From Chiloscyllium plagiosum (taxonomy: Eukaryota): a DNA stretch of 64,000 bases. Position numbers and translations under genes: made by a program. Of this stretch, positions 48,075-59,293 are shown in pieces (position 1 is the stretch's first letter; each line of letters begins with the position of its first letter). The DNA lies in contig NC_057718.1 of assembly GCF_004010195.1 (NCBI RefSeq), positions 20,040,351 through 20,104,350 of the forward strand, in the 5' to 3' direction. Below the pieces are notes generated by a model. The model did not search any database. It was not told the DNA's origin and saw nothing but the letters and a program-made list of their open reading frames with translations.

Positions 48075-51000
48075 GAGACAGTTAGACGCGATGAGGAATT
48101 TGCAACAGCAACAGAATGTGATGGATCGCAGTTACAGGAAGGAGGGAAAGTCTCAGATACAGTCACAAAGATGGGTTAACTCCAGGAAAGGTAGGAGAGG
48201 TAGGCAGCCAGTGCGGGAGTCATGTGGATATACCCATTTCAAACAGTTATGCTGTTTTAGAAAGTGTAGGGGGTGATGGGTTCTCAGGGGAACGTACACG
48301 AACAGCCAAGTTTCTGATATTGAGACTGGCTCTAATGCAACAAGGGGTATGTCGGGTTCCAAGAGATCAATTGTGTTAGGGGATTCTCTAATCCGAGGTA
48401 CAGAATTTTCTGTGGCCAGCAGCGAGAAAGCTGAATGGTGTGCTGCTTCCCTGGTGCGAGGATTAAGGATGTCTCAGACAGGGTGCAGAATGCTTCCACC
48501 CCCGACAAGGGGGGGGGGGGGGGGGGGGGGTTNNNNNNNNNNNNNNNNNNNGACATAGGAAGGGAAAAGGTTGAGATTCTGAGGGGAGATTACAGAGAGT
48601 TAGGCAGAAATTTAAAAAGGAGGTCCTTCAGAGTAGTAATATCTGGATTACTCCCAGTGCTACAAGCTAGTGAGGGCAGGAATAGGAGGACAGAGCAGAC
48701 AAATGCATGGCTGAGGAGCTGGTGTACGGGAGGAGGATTCACATTTTTGGATCATTGGAAGCTCTTTTGGGGTAGAAGTGACCTTACAAGAGGGATGGAT
48801 TGCACCTAAATTGGAAGGGGACTAATATACTGGTAGGGAGATTTGCAAGAGCTGCTCGGAAGGATTTAAAACTAGTAAGGTGGTGGGGGAGGGAAGAGAG
48901 GGGAGACACCCAGGGAGATAGTGAGGAAAGAAATCAATCTAAGACTGGTACAGTTGAGAACAGAAGCGAGTCAAACAGACAGTCAGGGCAGGCAGGGGCA
49001 AGGTAAGACTAATAAATTAAACTGCATTTATTTCAATGCAAGGGGCCGAACAGGGAAGGCAGACGAACTCAGGGCATGGTTAGAAACATGGGACTGGGAT
49101 ATCATAGCAATTACAGAAACATGGCTCAGGGCTGGGCAGGACAGTCCCTGGATACAAATGCTCCAGGAAGGATAGAAAGGGAGGCAAGAGAGGAGGGAGA
49201 GTGGCATTTTTGATAAGGGATAGCATTACAGCTGTGCTGAGGGAGGATATTCCTGGAAATACATCCAGGGAAGTTATTTGGGTGGAACTGAGAAATAAGA
49301 AAGGGATGATAACCTTATTGGGATTGACAAACCTGTAAGGAGATCTCCACTATCTGTAAGAATAATATGGTGGTTATGATAGGGGATTTTAACTTTCCAA
49401 ACATAGACTGGGACTGCCATAGTGTTAAGGGTTTAGAGGGAGAGGAATTTGTTAAGTGCGTACAAGACAATTTTCTGATTCAGTATGTGGATGTACCTAG
49501 AGAAGGTGCAAATCTTGACCTACTCTTGGGAAATAAGGCAGGACAGGTGACTGAGGTGTCAGTGGGGGAGCAGTTTTGGGCCAGTGACCATAATTCTATT
49601 AGATTTAAAATAATGATGGAAAAGGATAAACCAAATCTAAAAGTTGAAGTTCTAAATTGGAGAAAGGCCAATTTCGATGGCATTAGGGAAGAACCTTCGA
49701 AAGCTGATTGGGGGTAGTTGTTCGCAGGTAAAGGGACGGCTGGAAAATGGGAAGCCTTCAGAAATGAGATAACGAGAATCCAGAGAAAGTATATTCCTGT
49801 TAGGGTGAAAGGGAAGGCTGGTAGGTATAGGGAATGCTGGATGACTAAAGAAATTGAGGGTTTGGTTAAGAGGGAAATCAGGAGGGCAAAACGGGGACAA
49901 GAGATAGCTTTCGCAAATAGAATTGAGGAGAATCCAAAGAGTTTTTACAAATATATTAAGGACAAAAGGGAGAGAATAGGGCTCCTCAAAGGTCAGCAAG
50001 GCAGCCTTTGTGTGGAGCCACAGAAAATGGGGGAGATACTAAATGAATATTTTGCATCAGTATTTACTGTGGAAAAGGATATGGAAGATATAGACTGTAG
50101 GGAAATAGATGGTGACATCTTGCAAAATGCCCAGATTACAGAGGAGGAAGTGCTGGATGTCTTGAAACACATAAAAGGTGGATAAATCCCCAGGACCTGA
50201 TCAGATATACCCTAGAACGCTGAGGGTAGCTGGAGAAGTGATTGCTGGGCCTCTTGCTGAGATATTTGCATCATTGATAGTCACAGGTGAGGTGCCGGAA
50301 GACTGGAGGTTGGCTAACTTGGTGCCACTGTTAAAGATGGGTGGTAAGGACTAGCCAGGGAACTGTAGACCAGTGAGCCTGACGTCAGTGGTGGGAAAGT
50401 TGTTGGAGGGAATCCTGAGGGACAGGATGTACATGTATTTGGAAAGGCAAGGACTGATTGGGACAGTCAACATGGCTTTGTGCGTGGGAAATCATGTCTC
50501 ACAAACTTGATTGAGTTTTTTGAGGAAGTAACAAAGAGAATTGATGAGGGCACAGCAGATGTGATCTATGTGGACTTCAGTTCGAAAAGGTTCCCCATGG
50601 GAGACTGGTGAGCAAGGTTAGATCTCACGGAATACAGGGAGAACTAACCATTTGGGATACAGAACTGGCTCAAAGGTAGAAGACAGAGTGGTGGTGGAGG
50701 GTTGTTTTTCAGACTGGAGGCCTGTGACCAGTGGAGTGCCACAAGGATTGGTGCTGGGTCCTCTACTTTTTGTCATTTTCATAAATGATTTGGATGCGAG
50801 CATAAGAGATTTAGTTAGTAAGTTTGCAGATGACACCAAAATTGGAGGTGCAGTGGACAGCAAAGAAGGTTAGCTCAGATTACAACAGGATCTGGACCAG
50901 ATGGGCCAATGGGCTGAGAAGTAGCAGATGGAGTTTAATTCAGATAAGTGCAAGGTGCAGCATTTTGGGAAAGCAAATCTTAGCAGGACATATACACTTA

Positions 51001-51742
51001 ATGGTAAGGTCCTAGGCTGAACAAAGAGACCTTGGAGTGCAGGTTCATCGCTCCTTGAAAGTGGAGTCGCAGGTAGATAGGATCGTGAAGAAGGCGTTTG
51101 GTATGCTTTCCTTTATTGGTCAGAGTATTGAGTATAGGAGTTGGGAGATCATGTTGCGGCTGTACAGGACATTGGTTAGGGCACTGTTGGAATATTGCGT
51201 GCAATTCTGGTCTCCTTCCTATCGGAAAGATGTTGTGAAACTTGAAAGGGTTCAAAAAAGATTTACAAGAATGTTGCCAGGGTTGGAGGATTTGAGCTAT
51301 AGGGAGAGGCTGAACAGGCTGGGGCTGTTTTCCCTGGAGCATCGGAGGCTGAGGGGTGATCTGATAAGAGATTTACAAAATTATGAGGGGCATAGATAGG
51401 GTAAATAGGCAAAGTCTTTTCCCTGGGATCGGGGAGTCCAGAACTAGAGGGCATAGGTTTAGGGTGAGAGGGGAAAGATATGAGAGAGACCTACAGGGCA
51501 ACATTTTCACACAAAGGGTGGTACGTATATGGAATGAGCTGCCAGAGAAAGTGTAGGAGGCTGGTACAATTGCAACATTTAAGAGGCATTTGGATGGGTA
51601 TATGAATAGGAAGGGTTTGAAGGGATATCGGCCGGGTGCTGGCAGGTGGGACTAGATTGGGTTGGGATATCTGGTCAGCGTGTATGGGTTGGACCGAAGG
51701 GTCTGTTTCCATGCTGTATATCTCTATGACTGTATCTATGAC
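48075..51742 (+). mobile_element. Near-full-length CR1 LINE: ORF1 (SGNH esterase-like), ORF2 (APE endonuclease + RT), 3' UTR; inactivated
   Basis: IVLGDSLIRG, CFPGARIKD, FLDHW (ORF1); YFNARG, IAITETWL, GDFNFPNIDW, LDLLL, SDHN (EN); [19 protein letters not shown] (RT); multiple stops and frameshifts; tail ctctatgactgtatctatgac. Confidence 0.95.
48509..48551. other. Assembly gap (19 N, 48533-48551) preceded by a 22-nt poly-G run
   Basis: Seen directly in the sequence. Confidence 0.95.
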
Positions 51743-51774
51743 CTATTTTTCCACTGGCTGTTTGCAGCAGGAAT

Positions 51775-52700
51775 CATGTGATGAAAGAATGGACAGTTAA
51801 GCCTGTCCAGAATTTAAAAACTAGAGACCTAAAAGATTGCAGCTGAATGCAGCCATTTCTGTCTCAGAGTTCAGGACTCCTAAGTTTGTGATTGCGTTTA
51901 AGCAAGGGCTTTCCAATATCCTGGAAAAGGAGGGGGTTTGATGTGAAATTTTAGTCAACTTTGTCCAAAGTCAGATTTGATAATTACCATAATAGGGACA
52001 GGGGGCCAAGGTTATGGCTTACTAAATCTATGTGCCATATTTCATGCCACTTTTACTGCCAGGCAGTTGGGTTGAAAAAGCATCACACACACATACACAC
52101 ACACACACACAGAAAGAGTGAGAAAGAAAAAATACCAGACTCAGCAATCTGCAGAGACAGAAAAGGCAGCTTCTGTATTAGCTACCAGCCAGAAAGTTTG
52201 TCCACCAGTCAAAGGGGAGGAACCCACAGCAATTTAAGAACACTGGAAGATCTGTACTGACAAAGCTAGGAGAAAATAAAACCCACTGGAGAAGGCCTTA
52301 CCATCCAAAGATTGAGATGGGAATTCTCAGAGGGCTGAGGAAAAGGAACCGCAAATGGTTGCTACCAGTCACATCTTTGCAAAACGGATAGATAAGAACC
52401 AGTTTGGAAGCTGCAAGTGACTTTAGATGTTTTTTTCTGGAATTACTGCAATTCTGGTGAAAACATGCTGTAAATGCAGTGCGAGATTACAAATTTTATG
52501 AGATCATCAATATTGGATATCTTTTCTGTAGTTCAGAATATTAGTAGTCTTTTAGGCAACATTAAGCCAATGATTTTCGTTTGCTACAGTAAAAGTCTTA
52601 AACCATGAATTCTTCAAATGATTCATTTAAGATGGTCACTGAGAATTTAAATATTTCTTTCAAAGTTAATGACTTCTGATATCTACGTAGAGATCATAAA
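51775..52700. mobile_element. Possible solo LTR-like repeat containing a (CA)n tract
   Basis: Non-coding block starting TGTGATG, similar in organisation to 28570-29627; no TSD verified. Confidence 0.25.
52084..52111. repeat. (CA)n microsatellite, imperfect
   Basis: cacacacacatacacacacacacacaca. Confidence 0.9.
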
Positions 52701-53075
52701 AAAAAAGCCTTTGCCAACTAGTTTGCTCTTGTGACAAGAAAAACATGACAATGGTCAGCTTCAGAGAAATGTAAAATATCAGTTCACTCACTTTAAACAC
52801 TTTGCACCAATAATAGTATGTCCCAAGATGATTGTACAGCAAGCTTTCAACTGCTTGGAAAACACAGTTTGACCACACAGATACATGTAAAACAATGCCC
52901 AATCATGGAAAAGAATGCTCTTACAAACATTATAAAAATTAATACTAGATGGGTAAGAATTCAGAGAATCATTAGATACAGAAAACATTTCAAGTCAACA
53001 GTTGAAAATTTCAGAATCTTGGCTTTTAAAGAATTACACATTTTTTAAGACAAATGTTGAGCGAAGCTTTCTTAC

Positions 53076-54473
53076 CATCAGTGCAAGCACAAAGTCTGTC
53101 AGTTCCAGAGCAGTACACCACTGAGATAAAAGGATCTAGTTCATTACTGCTCTCTTTCCTAGGTGGCTCCACATTAGCCAGAGTTTCAAAGTTTGAGAGA
53201 TCTAAAATTTTAATAAATCCTCCCTGAGTGGTGACTACTAAGTGCCCCAGATTAGATGCGCTAGATTTCTTTTCTCTCACAATTCCATTTTTTGAAGTCA
53301 AAGCTGTTTCATCTATTAATTCCTCGCAATCATCTTCTCTATTATCCAACACATCTGGTGGAAGTAATATTAGTGAGGTAACCGCGTCTTGTGGATCTTT
53401 GATATGCTGGACTTTGACAGGTTGCTCTTCTAAAGTTACTATCCTTGTGCTGTAATTCATCTTATAAAGCAGAAGATAGCCACCACTCAGAGTTCTTTCC
53501 TCAGGCTGAATAATAAGTGGAGTTTTTGTATCAGTCGGTGACTCTTCCTGAAGAAAACCAATATCTGCATTAATCCCTATAGTAAGGTTTGATTCTAAAT
53601 CTCCTTTACTTCTATTACACAGTGCAGAGTTCAACTTATTTAAATTATTCAAGGCCTCTACTTGACTTATTGCACTCAAGGGTGTAACAGGACAAGTCCG
53701 CAGTCCTATCAAAAGATGAATTCCGTCAGCACAGGGCGTGATAGAATCAACATGGAGGTTCTCCTCTTCAGCAAACTTTGGCAGCCGCAGACAATGGACT
53801 AGGGCACCAGGTTTTGGAACCAATGAACTCCATTTCTCAGAGTCTACAGAGGCAAGGTTGGCTGCAGCATCAGCAAACTGCTGAATGTATGTCATAGGAG
53901 GATCCTGCAATAAGAGTTGTTCCTGGCTATCTAATTCCATTTCTATTATCTGTGGAACGGTGAACCCTTCATCATGTAAACTTTTACTAACGAGATTGTT
54001 CATTTGTGCAAAAACTTTACTTGCCTTTTCATCAGATTCTTTAATGCTATAAAGCAACAATAAAGGCAAGGTCCTTCTTACTAATGGTGAACTCAGTTCT
54101 GAGTTACTACAGGATTCATTGTCCATGGTCACTTGCTCAGACACATTTTCACCCTGAGTCCTGCTTAAAGAGTCCAAAGATCTCCGTGATTGACTACTAA
54201 TAGGAGAAGCAGCAGCAGATTTGTAAGATAACAAAACTCCTGCTAATAAACATGGATAGGGAATGTTGTGCTGCTCAGCATGTTTTTCCTTAGATTTTTC
54301 ACTTTTATTGTGGACAGTGGATGTGTTTCCACCCAGTTCCTCCAGATCTTTAACAGTGTCCTCAATTACATTTGCCACTATTTCCCACTGACGCTTTTCA
54401 GGCTGCTGAAGAATACTCAATGTTGTTACATCTATGCTGACATCCACGTTGCACTCCTTCTGTGACGTATGCC
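53076..54473 (-). CDS. BIRC6: BIRC6 large coding exon (1398 bp; HTSQKE...VYCSGTDRLCACTD), beta-propeller/WD40-like region
   Basis: Core of the 489-aa ORF 53026..54495; ttattag| acceptor, G|gtaag donor; phase 1-1. Confidence 0.97.
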
Positions 54474-54739
54474 CTAATAAAAATAAGATATCCATTTTAA
54501 TATTCTAAAATGTTAAGTATGATATTTCAACACAACCATAGACAACCATCATATTTCATTCTTCAAATCTGGAGATCTCTGAAGACTTTTCCCTCTCTAT
54601 AGTGGAAATCATGTAACTTCAATTATATAGGCAGTTGGCAGCACATGTCCTAATATTCTATAGAATGTACACCATGTACCTTCACTACCTCATATTTCTG
54701 CAGCCATTAAAATTAATTCTGCATTTTCATGTGGAAAAT

Positions 54740-55020
54740 GCAACTGCTGGCTTTTACACAGCAACATGATAAATGATCAGACAATGATACAGATCAGAAC
54801 ATCCATGTTCTTCTTTGAACAATGCCATGGAATCTGTTTTGTCCACCTGAGGGGACCTTGAGCTTTCTATCAGCTCATTTAAAAGCTGGCACTGTCAATA
54901 ACAGAGGACATCTTCCTCAGGACTGCCCCATAGTGTCAACCTGGAACTTGTGCCCAAGTCTGTGAAATGGGCTCAAGCACACAATCTGACTTTGGGATGA
55001 GTGCATTACCAATGAGTCAC
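54740..55020 (-). mobile_element. Deu-domain-type SINE
   Basis: Similar to 36090-36425 (cttctttgaac..tgccatggaatct, ctcatttaaaagctggcac); tRNA-like head at ~54960-55020. Confidence 0.55.
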
Positions 55021-55412
55021 TTCTGACATCTTAAGTCATGGGATAAAGTTGGCTCGAGATCCTCAACGTGGGAAGTAAAATGTATCAGCTTGGTCTCACT
55101 GATTACTGCAAAGTTTGACATGAAAGAGAAAATTGTGACTGTTGTTTGGGTTTCTAATCTATATCTGATATAATTAAAACTAACTTTATTACTAAGAATG
55201 TTTATTTTCCTTCTACCCAAAATACATTCCCAGCTCCAGGCATCATATTCTCATGACTTAGTACACAACATGGTTGCTTTCTAAAGAAAGTGCTCTGATA
55301 GTCTGAAATGAGCCAGCCAGTAAGCAATATTGACGTGTGCTTGACTATACTAGATCAATATTAAGGAAGTGCTAGTAATGAGATGGCTGGAGAGTTCTCA
55401 TTATGATCATAC

Positions 55413-55471
55413 CTGTTGCTGAATCTGTTCTGGAATGCTCTTCACTGTCAGAATCTTCCAGTTGATCATCA
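55413..55471 (-). CDS. BIRC6: BIRC6 coding exon (59 bp; DDQLEDSDSEEHSRTDSAT)
   Basis: tatag|T GAT GAT acceptor, CAG|gtatg donor; restores phase 2->1 between flanking exons. Confidence 0.93.
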
Positions 55472-55606
55472 CTATATCAAAAAAAAAATTGATGAAGCAT
55501 ATGCAACATGATCAGTAATACAAAATTTTCTAGCAGCTGGATAACATCAACCTGAAGCAACAATTTAGAAAACAAATTAAAACTTTTACTGTAATTAGCT
55601 TATTAC

Positions 55607-55770
55607 CTGTCACCTTCTAATTTTGGTATATCAGAACAACTGGAAGAGTCTTCCAACCATGCCAGTGTTGGCCTCCGCGATTCACTACTTGGCCCATGTT
55701 CTACCTCAGGTATCGAGATCTGCCTCAAAATTGCCGCGTCATATGGGTTGATGTCAAATTTCAAATGAAC
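55607..55770 (-). CDS. BIRC6: BIRC6 coding exon (164 bp; VHLKFDINPY...RRPTLAWLEDSSSCSDIPKLEGD)
   Basis: ccag|GTT acceptor, AG|gtaat donor; in ORF 55603..55851. Confidence 0.95.
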
Positions 55771-56457
55771 CTGGATTTTAAAAAACATGATTAAAGAAGA
55801 TATCTTATGTACACAAACCCAATGACAACTTGGTGCAACAGATTCAGGCAATCCACAACACCACCAAGTGGTAGAATATAGGCTCTTAAAAACAATTCAT
55901 CCATGCTGTGAAAGCATGGGAACGTACAAACAAAGCCAGGTATTTCCCTAAAAGGAATTAAAGTCAACATAAATCCTTTGAGCAGCAGTCTCAGTCACAA
56001 GGGCAAAGACTTTGGAGTAGGAAACCTTTCCTCCATTAAAAATGAAAGAGAAACTTGAAAAAGGAAAGAAAGTACTTTTTAAAATGTCTTTAATAACATA
56101 ATGTACACATTTGCCTTGGTCCTTTATGGTTTGCTTCGGATTTCATTCAAAAACACACAGGATGCACCTTTTATGGAAATTGTCCAGGACAATGTGACTT
56201 TATTTGTAAATATGTATTTATGTGCCATTCCCAAATTCCTCAGTTACATCAAGTTACTTACTGAGGGTATATAGCAGACTTATCTTTGTAGACATTGCCA
56301 GTCTACTGAAGAAAATGTAAGTTACCTGATAATAAAATGAGCTATTTAAAACCTTAAATGATCAGAAACAGAGCAGTAGACCATTTGTCTCATGAAGTCT
56401 ACTCTGCCACACAGAAATGAAATCATCTACTTCCACCATTTTCCACTACCTTAATTC

Positions 56458-56474
56458 ATATATATATATATATA
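56458..56474. repeat. (AT)n microsatellite
   Basis: atatatatatatatata. Confidence 0.85.
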
Positions 56475-56479
56475 CAAAT

Positions 56480-56990
56480 TCAGGGCTGGAATAGAAAATG
56501 GCCCAAGCCTGCTCTGCTATTAAATTAAATCATGGTTGATTTGATTACTCTACATTCTTGCCAGCCTCGATATCCTTTCACTCCCTTGCTTATCAAGAAT
56601 CGAATTCAACCTTAAAAATACACAAAAATTATCATTCTCAAAAGGCAATGGAAGTTGATCTTCAAAAGAGACACAACAGAAAACAAAAGTAATGTTTTAA
56701 ACGCACAACCCCTTAACTTTAAACAGTGGCCTCTGGTTCTAGTATCTTCTGCAAGAGGAAACATCATTTCTACATCAACCCTGTCAAGACCCCTCATGTT
56801 TGTGTTTCAATCAAATCACCTCTTACTCTTGATTCCACCAGATACCAACTAGCTTGTCCAATCATCCCAAATAAGTCCACTACCCATTCCAGCTCCTGGT
56901 CCAGTAAATCTTCTTTGAACTGCTTCCATTGCACTTTCATCCTTCCTTAAATAAGGATACCAATACGCTAAATGAGGTTTCACCATGCCC
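56480..56990 (-). mobile_element. CR1 LINE 3' fragment (older subfamily, like 45118-47420)
   Basis: ORF 56612..56797 MRGLDRVDVEMMFPLAEDTRTRGHCLKL. Confidence 0.8.
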
Positions 56991-57445
56991 TTCTTACCCC
57001 TTCCAGGGCTGATGTCAACAAAATTTACATGTGAACTACTGAACTAACACTGGAGTAAAAGCTAATGTGGTTAAGGAATAGTAAGAGCAGGAAATTATGC
57101 ATCATCTAGCAAATAGAATTTATTTCAAGGGAACTGTTCCTCTTCAATCCTGACTTTTATGAGAAATTGGAACTGTTACAAATTGTACTGATCAGTGCAA
57201 GACAAAAAGCTTTAACAAAACACCTTCTTTCAGCAATTCTCAAGTTCTATACTCCAAACGACAAATATTAATGCCTGCATGAAAGCTAATGTCTGGTGCT
57301 ATGTTTGCACCAATATGCCCCAATCACTTGTAATGACCTTTCTCATCAGCCAATTACATATTTTCCAGTCAGCCCGAGAAGTCTTTCAGAAGAACAAACA
57401 TGCAGTGACAATAAAAAAAAATTAGATGTTCACTAAATAAAGTAC

Positions 57446-57668
57446 CTTCATCATTTTAGATACATCCCAGATACAGATCTTTCCACGCCTGGTTGATGCA
57501 GCCAAGAAATGAGGACAGCTTCCAAAGCCAACACATGCTATTCGATCAGGAACATCTATGCTGGGAAGCTGTGCAGGACTTGTTGCCAATGTTATTGACA
57601 GTGGCACATTTTGTGTGTGTTCACCTTTGACAAATGGACAATTAGGAGAATGCCGCTCATGTTCTGAC
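57446..57668 (-). CDS. BIRC6: BIRC6 coding exon (223 bp), BIR domain end (SEHERHSPNCPFVKGEHTQNV...GKICIWDVSKMMK)
   Basis: H-x6-C completes BIR C-x2-C-x16-H-x6-C; catag| and AAG|gtact boundaries. Confidence 0.96.
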
Positions 57669-57771
57669 CTATGTTGCACAAAAAAATTTGAAGTTGTGAA
57701 AACTATAAACAAAATAGGCAAAGCTTTCATTATCTCCCAAACACTATTTTATCAAACATGATTAAACCACT

Positions 57772-58295
57772 TTAAAGTTAAGTCTCAACATAAATATAAA
57801 TTTGAACAACACCAGGTTACAGTCCAACAGGTTTATTTGGAAGCACTAGCTGTCGGAGTGCTGCTCTTTCATCAGTGGTTGTGAAGTATGAAATCATACG
57901 ACACAGAATTTAGAACAAAAGATTACAGTGTGATGCCACTGAAATGATATATCAAAAGAAACTGGATTGTTTGTTAAGGCTTTCATCTTTTAGAATGACC
58001 ATGTTAGTTTTGATTCTTTCATATGTAAACCCCAGAGCTTTTTTAAAGTTACAATCTTCAGTTAGCTTTAAAGACTTAACAAACAATCCAGTTTTTTTCA
58101 ATATTTCATTTCAGTGGCATCACACTGTAATCTTTTGCTATAAATTCTGTGTCGCATGGTCTTATACTCCACAACCATCTGAAGGAGCAGCACTCTGAAA
58201 GCTAGTCCTTCCGAGTAAACCTGTTGGACTATAACCTGGTGTTGAGAGATTTTTAACTTTGTCCATTCCAGTCCAACACCAGCACCTCCAAATCA
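57772..58295. mobile_element. Long Penelope-derived fold-back element (same family as 26924-27080) with degenerate hammerhead motifs in both arms
   Basis: ~170-bp inverted arms 57807-57978 / 58075-58244; minus strand CTGATGAAAGAGCAGCACTCCGACAGCTAG, plus strand ctgaaGGAGCagcACTCTgaaagctag. Confidence 0.82.
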
Positions 58296-58569
58296 CAACA
58301 GAAGTATTCAATAATATTGCAGCAACACGTTTGTCTTTCCATAAACCATAAATTTAATAACAAATTATGGAACTGAGTTTTCAATATGCAGTTTCCATGG
58401 AGATTTACAACATGATTTTTTTTTAAAAAGATCAAACCCCAAAAATAACAGAATGCATGAGTGTTTCACTCCACTGCCCTCCAATTACAAAGAATTCTAA
58501 ATTAATTCCACTGCAAGTGCAGCATCTGATTTCATCCATTTAGCACAAACATGGTGCACCTTTACTTAC

Positions 58570-58652
58570 CAAGGTTCATCTGTGGGCTCCCAACACACCA
58601 AGCAAACACTACATGTAAAACACATGGCCCGGTCATCACCAGAGGAGGCTGG
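58570..58652 (-). CDS. BIRC6: BIRC6 coding exon (83 bp), BIR domain core (PASSGDDRAMCFTCSVCLVCWEPTDEPW)
   Basis: Manually translated (not in ORF track); Zn-ligand C-x2-C; tttag| and |gtaag boundaries. Confidence 0.97.
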
Positions 58653-59181
58653 CTAAATAAAAATAAAAAGGGATTCATTCACCTCATCTGATAATGCTTG
58701 CTTCAATTTCCAAAATCTTGAGACAAAATTAAATAATACTTTACAAATATACTGGATAGTGATCAAGAGTAGGAGTCCCAAACAATTTATTTCCTCTTTA
58801 GTGGAAAGACACCAAATGTAACTATAGCACTCAATACATACAGCAGAAATGAGAAAGGAATCAACATGACATTTTGTTAAAATCAACTTTTTCACAAAAA
58901 GTGGTGAAATGCAACGTCTGCATCTTAAACGTTTTCATCTTGATACACTGGTGAGTTCAGATGACAAAACCTCTCTCATGAATAAAGTAAAATGATCAGC
59001 TTAATCTGTTATCAGCCTTCCTGGTGCAAAACGTGGTTTTCCACGTGATACTTCGTTTGCCACAAATATCAGAGGTCTTATGTAATTTTGGTAATTCTGC
59101 TCATTATAATTCAAAGGATATGGACTGCAAGCAAAAGCTACATAAGTTTACAGGAGTGGGAATGATTACTTCAGAACTTAC

Positions 59182-59293
59182 TTGGTGATAGAATCCTGCC
59201 TGTGCCATGGGATCAGGTTGAGCCCATCTGTATCCAACATGTGGCCAAGAGGTGAAGGTTTCTCGCCTGTTAGCCTCACTATACATTAATGAC
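59182..59293 (-). CDS. BIRC6: BIRC6 coding exon (112 bp), BIR domain N-terminal part (SLMYSEANRRETFTSWPHVGYRWAQPDPMAQAGFYHQ)
   Basis: BIR signature R-x-x-TF-x-x-WP and MA-x-AGFY; tttag| acceptor and |gtaag donor. Confidence 0.97.

Noticed and set aside
53026..54495. 489-aa ORF as a stand-alone gene
   Set aside because: It is the large internal BIRC6 exon (53076-54473) plus a few intronic codons; splice sites and phases link it to the neighbouring exons
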